From NCBI RefSeq assembly GCF_006345805.1, contig NC_043007.1, forward strand, positions 124,001 through 188,000: 64,000 nt of DNA, read 5' to 3'. The notes below the pieces were generated by a model that had not been told where the DNA came from, made no database searches, and saw nothing but the letters and a program-made list of their open reading frames with translations. The position numbers were made by a program, and so were the translations under genes. Shown here piece after piece: positions 1 through 11,382 of this stretch (the first letter of the stretch is position 1; every line of letters begins with the position of its first letter). This stretch comes from Octopus sinensis (lineage: Eukaryota).

Positions 1-862
1 CTTAACATATATTCCAGGCGCCACGTACCCTCTTAACATTAATGTGAGCACATATTCTTAATAACTGGTACGACTCTTTGTTTGTCTCTCTCTCTCTCTC
101 TCTTTTACTTGATCTGTCCCCTTCTCTCTCTACTCATCCTCTTTTTCTCTTCTCTTTCCTCTGATTCTTTGGTCTAATCTTCCACTACCCTCCTAATTCT
201 TTGTCTCGCTCTGCACTCACAGGTCAATCTTCGACACCCATCCCTTCTCCTCTCTGATTCCTTCTTTCTCTCTCTTCTCTCTCTTTGTTGCGTTTGTCCC
301 TCCTCTCTCTCCTCTCTCTCTCTCTCTTCCGCTGCTTCTCTTTCTTTTCTTTTCTCTCTCCTCTGTCACGTGACTGCTGGCCGAAATCTGCCTTTCAGCT
401 TCTGACCAGCGTCGTGTTAACATCGTTGTTTTTCGTCCGCCGCTATAGGCATCGCCGATAAGGCTCCTTTCCTTGCGCTAGAGAAAAAATGTGTTTGCTT
501 GTTATCAGTCGTAAGACACTTGTTGTTGTTTTCACCGTTAATGCTTCTGTATTTCATGGTTCTGTATTCCATTATTTTTTTGTTTTTTTTATATTCGTCC
601 CTTTTGCTGTCCTGGTGTCCGTATGCATTCGATCCTTCTTCCAGGAAATCTACGCTCCCAGCTTAGTTTTTCTAATGCTCGTTGCTTAGTTTTTCTTGGA
701 GGGCTGGCCGTGATCTAGTAATCTCAAGATTAATCAGCCGAAATTACTACGATGATCCGGTTCTTGACTGAAGACTGAGGGTTTCGAATGTCCTGTCCGT
801 GTTTATTGTATCGTCTTCTAAGAGTTATACGTTCTTGTCCATGTTGTATTTTTCTACATACC

Positions 863-864
<2 letters not shown>

Positions 865-956
<92 letters not shown>

Positions 957-957
957 C
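865..957. repeat. (TA)n microsatellite; one of many across the window
   Basis: Direct dinucleotide run. Confidence 0.95.
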
Positions 958-1170
958 TTAGTGTGACCGTGTGTGTACCGTTGGCGATTTTTTTTTCCTC
1001 CGTCTTCCCTTCTCTGGACCTTTCCTTTTCTTATTTTTCTGACGAAGAGCTCCGCTCGAAACGTTAAACCCTCCCTCTTCCCTTCCTTCCTGAGCGTCCA
1101 ATAATACTATACTTGTTCCACGTCCTCGCGTTGTTGTGTTTTCTCTTTGTGTTTTCATGTTTGGATTAAC
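958..1170 (+). mobile_element. Short non-autonomous Penelope-like/retrozyme-type unit, family H-A copy 1
   Basis: About 210 bp, homologous to 2204-2409 (+) and 57589-57762 (-); flanked by (TA)n on both sides; carries a hammerhead-like motif. Confidence 0.7.
1035..1069 (+). ncRNA. Minimal type I hammerhead-like motif (core CUGACGA)
   Basis: ttt-CTGACGA-a-GAGC tcc GCTC-GAAA-cg-TT-aaa: core, 4-bp helix II, GAAA, ACGU palindrome, short helix I. Confidence 0.6.
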
Positions 1171-1194
1171 TATATATATATATATATATATATA

Positions 1195-1620
1195 TTCTTT
1201 TATTTTTTAATTTGCTTCAGTCATTTGACTGCGGCTATGCTGGAGCATCGCCTTTAGTCGAACAAATCGACCCCAAGACTTATTCTTTGTAAGTCTAGTA
1301 CATATTTTACCGGTCTATTTTGCCGAACCTCTAAGTTACGGAGACGTGAACACACCAGCATCGGCTGTCAAGAGATGGTGGGATACAAACGTAGACACGT
1401 AAACACACACACACACACATACACACACGCACACACACACACACACACAAATATATACGACGGGAATCTTACCGTTTCCGTCTACCAAATCTACTCACAA
1501 GGACTTGGTCGGCCCGAGGCCATAGTAGAAGACCCTTGCCCACAGCGCCACGCAGTTGGACTGAGCCCGGAGCCATGTGGTTGATAACAAGCTACTTACC
1601 ACACAGCCACTTCTGCGCCT
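1195..1620 (-). mobile_element. tRNA-derived SINE group 1 (CORE-like domain, internal CA/TA tract)
   Basis: Minus strand head with A box tggctgtgtgg and B-box-like sequence; body and tail (gcatagccgcagtcaaatgactgaa) shared with copies at 16.5, 29, 41.7, 53.6 and 54.6 kb. Confidence 0.9.
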
Positions 1621-1639
1621 ACACAGCCACTCCTATATA

Positions 1640-1780
1640 TATTTGAAATTTGTAGAAAACGAAAGACGAAGACAGGCGCAGGAACAACTAGCAGGTGTAT
1701 TAGCTTAACGCTCAGGAAGAACACAAAAATCTTTTACGTTTCTAGCTTGCGATCTTCGGCAGAAAGGATTAAGGAGGGAA

Positions 1781-1787
<7 letters not shown>
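1640..1787 (-). mobile_element. Hammerhead-bearing short unit, family H-B-related
   Basis: Minus strand cttt-CTGCCGA-a-gatcgcaagcta-GAAA-cg-TA-aaag followed by cctgagcgttaagctaatacacctg, homologous to 27763-27942 and 58121-58296. Confidence 0.65.
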
Positions 1788-1828
<41 letters not shown>

Positions 1829-2203
1829 AAAAACGGAGTGAGGAAAAAATATGTACAGATTAACGGTTCAACAATACACACACACATACACACATATATA
1901 AGAACATATGCAACATTTGTTTCGGCAGCATTTTACAGAGGAATCGACGTAAGCTTAAATGATAAACCGCGATATGGCGAGAGATTACTGTATATATATA
2001 TATATATGTATATATATGTATATATATATATATATATATAATACACACAAACACACGCATATATGTGTATATATATACACATACATACATACATACATAC
2101 ATATATACATACATAAATACATACATACATACATACATACATCCATACATACATGCATGCATGCATACATACATACATGCATCATACATACATACGTACA
2201 TGA

Positions 2204-2408
2204 ATGTGACCTCGTGTGTACCGTTGGCGATGTTTTTCCTCTGTCTTCCCTTCTCTGGATCTTTCCTTCTCCTATGTTTCCGACGAAGAGCACCGCTCGA
2301 AACGTTAAACCCTCCTTCTTTCCTTCTTCCCTGAGCGTCCAATAATACTATATTTGTTCCACATCCTCGCTTTGTTGTGTTTTTTTGTGCTTTTTTGCTT
2401 GGATTAAC

Positions 2409-2409
<1 letters not shown>
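2204..2409 (+). mobile_element. Family H-A copy 2 with hammerhead-like motif at 2276-2310 (core CCGACGA)
   Basis: High similarity to 958-1170; flanked by (TACA)n. Confidence 0.7.
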
Positions 2410-2470
<61 letters not shown>

Positions 2471-3489
2471 GATACTCGCACACACGCGTGCAAATAGGAG
2501 ATTCGGATTTATAGATTATGTATAACATGAGTTTAGTGAAATCTATCTTTATATAATATTGAGACCATGAGACAGATGGTCTACGATCATCAAAATGGGC
2601 GGTGAATTGGTCGAATTGTTAAACAATCGGACAAATTTGTTGTAGTGTATTATTCTAAATCTCTCGTCCCGAGTTGAGATCCCACCAGGGCATAATTTGC
2701 CTTCCATCCATCCATCCATCCATCCATCCATCCACGTCAGATAAAATAAGCTACCGGGTGGGTCTTGGGTTCATTGCATGGCTTAACACATTCAGTCCAT
2801 CTGTTACGCTGTTTCTCTCCGAGAATAGTATTAAATGGGTATGTCTCTCTGGAATACCCAGCCACATGCACACTAATTTAATGAGCAGGTAATTCAGTTG
2901 ATCGAACAAATGAATAAGCATCGTCGAACCGACGGAGATCCATTTGAATGTTCAAGTATGTGCATGCATTGCGTCTTCCACCAGCCGAAAGCTATGCAAA
3001 GAGGAAGGAGAACCAAAGGAGGATTAATTGCTTTTAGCATTTCGCTTTTTATGGCATATGAATTTATTAATCAAGGACTGCTGATTTGCACTTTTTTTTT
3101 TACCTGTGGATTAAATGTTAAATGATAATATCTGATCAGTTAATTCACCTGAGAAAATAAATAGATTATTAAAACAGAAATTATTATAGAAATAATATAA
3201 TCCCCTTATCAGTGACACACCAAGATACACTTTTTTCAAGATAAACTATTTTCAATAAATTATTCGGTAGCCTGTTAGATATTCTCAGCATGCAGGTGAA
3301 AGTCAACGTAGATGACATTAGAAAGATTTCCAATTTTCCGATATTTTAATTATTATCTTTTTCAGTCGTCTTTAGAGTCCGAGAAGATTTAATATTATTT
3401 AACTTATTAAAAAAAGATTCGATTGAAAATCGGGGGAAAATAAATATCGAAACCCGTCCTGTTGATGTAATTCTTTAACATCGGTTTCA

Positions 3490-4260
3490 AATTTTGGAAA
3501 AAGACCAGCAATTTTGGGAGAGAGGTTAGTCTGTTACATCGACCACAGTATCTTACTGGTACTTATTTTATCAACCCCGAATGAACGAAAGTCTAAAATC
3601 AACCACAGCAGAATTTGAACTCAGAGCGTACATAAGGAAGGATCGCCTCTAAGCATTTTTTCCGGTACGGTAACGATTCTACCTTACTTGATTCTATAAT
3701 GATAATATCCGAAATTTGGTGTAGGTGTTAGTCGAGTAAATCGACACCAGTGCATCACAGGTACTTAGTTTTATCAAGCACAGTCAAGGATGGAATGTAG
3801 TATTTGATATCAGTACGTAAAAAATCCGGACAGTTACCCTGAGCAATTTTATCTAATCCCCCAAACCATTCTGCTAATCCGACCACGCTCCTGATTCTAT
3901 CATTACTATTTCTAATTTAGAAACAAGGGCCCAGAAAACGTCCAGGGCAGAGGGATAATCTATTACATCAATAGCATTACTCATTTAACTGACAGTTTGT
4001 ATTATTGATTTCTATGAAGGATGAAAGTTAAGCTCAGAAACACAAGAGCGAGAAATTATCGAGAAAGGTATTTCGTCCATTGCTCCAACGATACTGTCAC
4101 CTCGCTACTTTTTAACGGTGATAATTATTTCTAGAAGAGACACGAAGCCCGAAATGGGCTGGGGAGGGTAGTCGATTTAAAAGAGCCCAGGGCTTGAGTA
4201 GTTGTGTATTTTATTGCCCTCCCCATAAAGGGATCAATAAAGTTGACCTATTTTGCAAGT
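3490..4260. mobile_element. Cluster of old, degenerate SINE group 2-like fragments
   Basis: Recurrent motifs such as ggtacttattttatcaaccccga and gaatttgaactcagag, degenerate relative to young copies. Confidence 0.6.
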
Positions 4261-4370
4261 CATGTCCTCCGTGTTTGTATCGACGCAACCAATACACCGC
4301 TGTTTTTGATTCTACAATAATAGTTCCGAATAAAGACACAATTTTAACGGGAGTGGGTTGGACGCCTCAA

Positions 4371-4601
4371 AGGCGGCGAGCTGGCAGAAACGTTACCACG
4401 TCGGGCGAAATGCTTAGCGGTATTTCGTCTGCTGCTACGTTCTGAGTTCAAATTCCGCCGAGGTCAACTTTGCCTTTCATCTTTTCGGCGTCGAAAATTA
4501 AGTACCAGTTACGCACTGGGGTCGATTTAATCGACTTAATCCGTTTGTCTGTCCTTGTTTGTCCCCTCTGTGTGTAGCACCTTGTGGGTAGTAAAGAAAT
4601 A
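4371..4601 (+). mobile_element. tRNA-derived SINE group 2, full length, 15-bp TSD
   Basis: A box ggcgagctgg, B box gagttcaaattcc, tail gggtagtaaagaaata; TSD ggttggacgcctcaa at 4356-4370 and 4602-4616. Confidence 0.93.
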
Positions 4602-4764
4602 GGTTGGACGCCTCAATGAAACTTAGAAATTGACTGGTTTTTAAATTGACCCAGGGGAGATGAAAAGCAAACTGCCATGCAATGTGATCGAACCCAGGGT
4701 CTCACGGTTGTTTAGAAATTTTCTTAATCATCTGGCTATGCTGCATCAAGTGGTCAAACATCAC

Positions 4765-5032
4765 GTTGGTACTTCAGAACGTAGCGGCAGACGAAATACC
4801 TATTTCTTCACTGCCCACAAGGGGCTAAACACAGAGAGGACAAACACGGACAGACAAAGGGATTAAGTTGATTATATCGACTCCAGTGCGTATCTGGTAC
4901 TTAATTTATCGACCCCGAAAAGATGAAAGGTAAAGTCGACCACGGCGGAATTTGAACTCAGAGCATAAAGACAGACGGAATGCCGCTAAGCATTTCGCCC
5001 GGCCTGCTAGGGTTTCTGCCAGCTCACTGCCT
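4765..5032 (-). mobile_element. SINE group 2 with partial second subunit
   Basis: Internal junction gacgaaatacc|tatttcttcactgcccac at about 4800. Confidence 0.8.
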
Positions 5033-5710
5033 TTTCAAGGATTTATAGTTGTCGTTTCTGTCGGTCATTTCATCATTCATCATTTGAGAAAGAAAGTGAA
5101 GTATGAAAATCTTAAGTTGACTTTTACGCGATGAGAATATTTATTGGGGCACGGAATAATTAATTGAAAACATGATTTACCGTATATAAATGGTTTGATT
5201 CTCAACAATTCTTTCGCACCACAATAATTCATTCGGCTAAAACTAAAATCATTCTCGAAAGCTCAACAATGGAGTACATTATGACTCGCATTGCCGCAGT
5301 GAAATACAATAACAATGGGAAAATATTATCTGCACATCCTTTTGACAGTACTTCATTAAATACGAGCATAAGGTGAACGCAGTCGAAATCAGCATTTCTA
5401 AATTTTCATGATAAATCCCTACTCAACTGAACAACAAATTTGCTCTGGTCCCTCACGTATTCTTATCTTTAAGCTTCCGCCATATTGCAGCTTGAATCAA
5501 TAGCAATACTGCTAGAATTGTGCTCTATCGCATATTCATTAAGCTTGAGAATACAATTTTTGTTGATTAATCGACACACATGGGGGATGTCTATACATTT
5601 TAGACTCCACCGCATTTATAAATTGATTAAATTAGAAATATTTCCCAGCTGTAAAGTCCATAAATCAAATACAGCCGCCAAATGAGGACATTAAACCTTA
5701 TGCCACGTTT

Positions 5711-6307
5711 CTACATATCCTCGCCAGATGTTGTAAATTCCAACATGTAACTACAGATGTATATCGAGGGAAGAGCGTTAAATTTCCTACATATCCTCGC
5801 CAGATGTAAATTCCAACCTCTAACTACAGATGTATATCGAGGGAAAAGCGTTAAATTTCCTACATATCCTCGCCAGATGTAAATTCCAACCTGTAACTAC
5901 AGATGTATATCGAGGGAAGAGCGTTATATTTCCTACATATCCTCGCCAGATGTTGTAATTTTCAACCTCTAACTACAGATGTATATCGAGGGAAGAGCAT
6001 TAAATTTCCTACATATCCTCGCCAGATGTAAATTTCAACCTGTAACTACAGATGTATATCGAGGGAAGAACGTTAAATTTCCTACATATCCTCGCCAGAT
6101 CTTGTAATTTTCAACCTGTAACTACATATGTATATCGAGGGAAGAGTGTTAAATTTCCTACGCCAGATGTTGTAATTTTCAACCTCTAACTACATACAGA
6201 TGTATATCGAGGGAAGAGCGTTATATTTCCTACATATCCTCGCCAGATGTTGTAATTTTCAACCTCTAACTACAGATGTATATCGAGGGAAGAGCGTTAA
6301 ATTTCCT
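5711..6307. repeat. Minisatellite, 8 units of 72-76 bp
   Basis: Unit ctacatatcctcgccagatg(ttg)taa..caacct(g/c)taactacagatgtatatcgagggaagagcgttaaatttc starts at 5711, 5787, 5860, 5933, 6009, 6082, 6158, 6230. Confidence 0.95.
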
Positions 6308-7022
6308 TCTGTGATAGTACTCGACGAAAACTCATGGGGAACTCTACACAGAATTCAAAACGTACGATCAACCAAATTTTTCTATGGACATTTCTCAGTT
6401 AAATGCAGGAAAATTACCAGACGATTTCCCCTCCTGAACACCCTCTGTAAAACTATGGCAAAAATGCTCAGCTCTCTTTGCAATGAACCGTGAAGAAGCA
6501 AGCCAGTCTTCTCTAGTGGAAGGTAAAATTTTGTGCCGGTCCTTACAGCAAAAAATGGAACTTTCTAAAACTCCAAAAGAGTTGCATAGATTCAATAACA
6601 TGCTGTGGGGCACAGCATCAATGTCTACAGTGGCGTGATTGATTAAGCCAACACCATCTTGTGATTCTGCAGACGAAAGACTAAAGTCATTCCAACCGAG
6701 ACTATCGCATGGAATGTTGACCATATGTTATTTAGAACTACATTATTAAGATTTTCTGTTCCTAAACTGACTCTATGAATTTCATATGGGCGGTTTTGAC
6801 TTTCTTATAAACCTGACCTTTTGGGCGTTTTCGCTCGAGAACTATATTTTGCAAAAATTATGCTTCAGATGTGTGTCTGTATAAGTGTATACTTGTGTCT
6901 GACGATCAATAGCAACGGAATAGTTCTTTCATGTTTAATAAAGTTTTGTGTTCTTCTATTCTGATAGGTATTTGTGTGTGTATTTTTGTCTGTTTGTGTG
7001 CGTACATGCATGTATATTTCTT

Positions 7023-7062
<40 letters not shown>

Positions 7063-7077
7063 AAGAAATATACATGC

Positions 7078-7146
<69 letters not shown>

Positions 7147-7330
7147 TATTGTTATTGTAATATTGTTTGATGCTATACGGATATACGCTTTTGTTCCTGT
7201 ATTCTTGAACTACTTAGAATAAGTATGACAACCTTTAATAAGATTTTCGTCTGTCTGTTTGTCTGTCTGTATGTATGTATGCATACTCATGAAAACAATG
7301 TGTGTAAATATGAGTGCTAACGTGTAGCTG

Positions 7331-7376
<46 letters not shown>

Positions 7377-7416
7377 TACATACATACATTTTTATCTGTA
7401 TATTTATATGTATCTG

Positions 7417-7474
<58 letters not shown>

Positions 7475-7495
7475 CCTTGTTATTACATCCATTTT

Positions 7496-7553
<58 letters not shown>

Positions 7554-8029
7554 GTATGTATAAATAAGTATTATGTGTGATTGTGCGTGTGTGTATGTGT
7601 CTTTCTATTTCTGAGTATGTGTGTATGGCTGCATAATTATTACTTCGTGTATATTTCATTTGTTTTGAAATTACAATTTTTGAATTTTTTTTTTTAAATG
7701 TTATCATTTGCACAAAATAATTAATTTTTAGATGCATTTCTTTAATGGCTTATATTTTCCAGGCGTCTTATTTCCTTTCTCATTAGTTTTGAAATCCTGC
7801 CACCCAGGGGGTTATTTTTCCTTTACCGATCCGAGTAATCTACTGTTCTATAAAATATTTCTCTAGTTATATTGGCCTTCACGTAATTTGTAGTCATGGC
7901 ATATTAACTCGTTATTTACCATTATTTTTATTAGTTGTAGAATTTTGTAAATAGTTTTAATAATGTTTTTTTATATAAGTCAAGTCGTTTATGTATCTGA
8001 CATTGTTTGTGGCAGATGCAGCTAGTTTC

Positions 8030-8520
8030 CCTTGAACTTTCTTTACGCAAGATGAGTGACGGGCTCATCTCTTTGAGCCAGATACACAGAGACAATTCAT
8101 GTTGTGGTGTCACCCCTCCTCACCAGCTCCAAGGAAATCCAAGGTCATTTAATCTGCTGGGAAACTGAGGGCATCAGTTGTTTGGGATACAAATGGCCTT
8201 GTGCTTTTTACATATATCTTATTTCTTTACTGCCCACAAGGGGCTAAACATAGAGGGACAAACAAGGACAGAAACAGGGATTAAGCCGATTACATCGACC
8301 CCAGTGCGTAACTGGTAATTAATTTATCGACCCCGAAAGGATGAAAAGCTAAGTCTACCTCGGCGGAATTTGAACTCAGAACGTAGCGGCTGACGAAATA
8401 CCGCTAAGCATTTCGCCCGATGAGCTAACGTTTCTGCCAGCTCACCACCTTAAATACATCTGAAAGGGCTACACGCACAACAGAGAGTACTATACCAAAT
8501 TAATACAGTAACAAAAGGGA
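8030..8520 (+). pseudogene. Decayed mariner transposase fragment 1, interrupted by a SINE
   Basis: QDE*RAHLFEPDTQRQFMLWCHPSSPAPRKSKVI*SAGKLRASVVWDTNG resembles mariner TGDETWVHHFEPETKRQS..W..SAGKVMASVFWD; resumes after 8451 as YI*KGYTHNREYYTKL. Confidence 0.8.
8220..8451 (-). mobile_element. SINE group 2 inserted in mariner remnant
   Basis: Full-length similarity to 4371-4601; candidate degenerate TSD tacatatatct / taaatacatct. Confidence 0.9.
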
Positions 8521-8689
8521 TTAAGTGGAGACCTTCAGATAGTTAAGCCAATTTCGTGTCAGACTACAGGCTGAAAGGTGAATAGTTGTATTTCATCAAT
8601 AGCACAATACAGTATCTAAGGCCAGGACATTTTGCTCAGATTGGTACAATTTACTGGTGTAAACAAGAGTACTCTGTAATGGGAAATAT

Positions 8690-9277
8690 CTTGTCAGCAA
8701 CAGCAGTCCTCCAAAATGTTTGGAGTTAATAAGAAGAATCTGGTCAATTATATTCTGTGAAAATTATGCCGATGCTTCACCTATGGGATGGTCACCACAG
8801 GTGCCACCTACAACAGAGAGTTATGTACCAAATTGCTGAAGCAGTTACGAAAGGCTATGGAGATGAAATACTCAAGGAAACTGACGTAAGGTGTCTTGCT
8901 TCATCAGGACAAGGTTTAAACTCGCAAGTCGTGGGTTTCAATGGCTGCTTGGCATTGAAACCATTATTGACTTTTAACTGTTTAAATACTCACCCTGTTC
9001 TCTTGATTTGGCGCCATCTGACTATCATCTGTTCCCAACATGAAATAACACTTCACTGAGAACCAGTGTCTCAGTGATGATGGCATAAAATCTGCTGTCG
9101 ATAACTTTTTTGACCGACAGGATAAAATCATCTTCCCCAATTGGATTGGATTACTGCAACACCGATGGAAGGAAGAATTGAGTGAACCATAAGGAGGATT
9201 ATGATGAAAAATAATGAACCTCACAGTTCATTTTTCAGAGGGTATGGATGTTGGTCGACCTATGAAACTTCCAAGTG
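8690..9277 (+). pseudogene. Decayed mariner transposase fragment 2 with probable right end
   Basis: GVLLHQD at 8890-8910, DLAPSDYHLFP at 9005-9037 (YSPDLAPxDY motif), KSAVDNFFDRQD..LQHRWK C-terminus; ends aacttccaagtgcctatcgta. Confidence 0.85.
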
Positions 9278-9333
9278 CCTATCGTATATAATATATATAA
9301 TCAAAATAAGCAACAAGAATAAGTTCGGTAATT

Positions 9334-9399
9334 TGGTACGATCACTTCACGCTACATCATTTTATTAAATATTGTAAAATGTTGAGCAATCATCAGCCA
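9334..9399 (-). ncRNA. Degenerate minimal hammerhead motif
   Basis: tgg-CTGATGA-[helix II with catttta/taaaatg]-GAAG-tgatcg-TA-cca. Confidence 0.45.
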
Positions 9400-9606
9400 T
9401 TTATTGAGATTTTCCATTAATACATAATTTTCATATTAATTTATAACATTAAAGAGAAGATAGATATATAGACAAAGATGTCGATTTGAATTTTAAGAAC
9501 ATTAAGTTAGTAGAGTTTATCTTCCGACTGAAGAATATATATATATATATACGGTGTGTGTGTGTGTATGTATGTATGTATGTATGTATGTATGTATGTA
9601 TGTATG

Positions 9607-9639
<33 letters not shown>

Positions 9640-10212
9640 GGGGGGAGAATATATGGGGTTTAGTTCACTTTTGATCTAAATGAATGGGTAAATGCTGCAA
9701 CGGATTATCAGGGTTCCAAGCTCGTAACTGAGATGGGAGCTATGGATCTATTTTAAGTTTCCTATTTAGCAGATATATATTTGTGAAAGAGTTAGAGTTT
9801 TCCTCTCTATGCTAAACTTTACTCAGCAATAATATAAACAATTTTCTTCGATATACACTATCAAATAAAGAAAACCTGTCTTATTTCTATAGCTGTATAT
9901 AGATGTATACGTTCATAATTTTCTAAGTTGATAAGAAATAAATTCCCTTCATTTCGACTTTATTTATACGTTATTACTGGTATAGTATCTACTTCTAAAT
10001 TTTCCTAATATCATACCAATACTGTGAATAGTTAATTAATTATGACATAAAACACTTCTATGTTGTCTATGAATATTAGAACTATTATTTACAATAAATA
10101 CTTAAACTGTAAATTTTATAAACCTGAAATTATTATTGAATACTATCAAACACTATTTTTTCTAATAATGTTTTAAGTCAAAAGGATAATTAACGGTTAA
10201 TAATAAATAAAT

Positions 10213-10453
10213 GCGCCCTTTTAAAGCCTAGCCAGGCTCATGGGCCCGGTTTCCAGGTTTCTATGGCGTATGTATTCCCCAGCTGGACGGTACGCCAGTT
10301 CATCGCAGCGTTACCCATTTTTGCCATCTGAGTGGACTGGAGCAAGGTGAAATGAAGTGTTTTGTTCAAGAACACAACGCGTCGCCCAGTCCAGGAATCG
10401 AAACCACAATCTTATGATGCTGACACCCTAACCACTTAGCCACGCGCCTCCAC
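10213..10453 (-). mobile_element. SINE group 3: tRNA head + body B + tail X (V-domain-like)
   Basis: gtggaggcgcgtggctaagtgg head; gttgtgttcttgaacaaaacac body; gctgcgatgaactggcgtaccgtccag tail. Confidence 0.85.
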
Positions 10454-11304
10454 AATTGACGGTTAAGTAAAGCCTAAATTTGTATTTACTTCACTACCTG
10501 ATTTGGATTCCTCATCGTAAAAACAAATACAGTCTGACTAGTTTATATAACTCATTTACGGAGTTTTAAATAGATATACATATAGAAATTCATAGAGAGA
10601 ATATTAGTTTTTTAATATTAAATATATCAACACCATTTTATATATTTGTTAGTCTTGTTTAAAATAAGTATGACTGCAAGAACGAACACATTACTACAAG
10701 ATGATAAGAGAAAATCTATGTACTTTTAACGTCTTTATTTAGGTTTTATACCAGCTACCGACGAATACAAATATGACTTAAGATTTTCTATTATGAATAT
10801 CTGAGTCTTTCTGCTTGAAACAAATTGTATAGCAACATGAAAAATAAAAATTAGAATCCATTTTAACGTCTAATCTCCTCCATTGCATAAATATGAATGA
10901 TTATGTTGAACTGTGTTTTATAAGTGAAATCATATAATGATTATTTAATATTTCTATACAAGCTTTCGTACCTATACGAATTTATATAAGTAGATTCAAA
11001 AGTAAATTATGAAGAAAAGATATTAGAAATCTTCTCAGAAATCTTCGAAAGTTATTTCAGTTAAAAGACGAACTCACATTCATCCGTTCAAATATATATA
11101 TATATTAGAAAAAGAACACCTTTTATCAATTAAAAAGGAAAAATTAACTTACACCATCTAGAAAATTACATATAATAGAAAGATTAAATATAAGATAAAA
11201 AATATAACGATGATTAAGTAATGTGCAAAATAATAAATAAAACGTATATATTTTGTAGAATAGCGACACGTGTTTCGTGGCTATATTTAAGAAATGATAT
11301 ATAT

Positions 11305-11340
<36 letters not shown>

Positions 11341-11382
11341 ACAACGTAAAATTGGAAGTTACCGCACGAGTAAAAATATATA

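Noticed and set aside
712-800. tagtaat/attacta hairpin and ctgaaga..tttcgaa motif as a hammerhead
   Set aside because: No pairing helix II or helix I on either strand; the 440-860 block remains unclassified
5711-6307. CRISPR-like array
   Set aside because: Units are repeated end to end with no unique spacers; eukaryotic context
6395-6724. Minus ORF with DAVPHSMLL resembling RT motif FDxVPH
   Set aside because: No further RT motifs (QG, YADD) at the expected spacing
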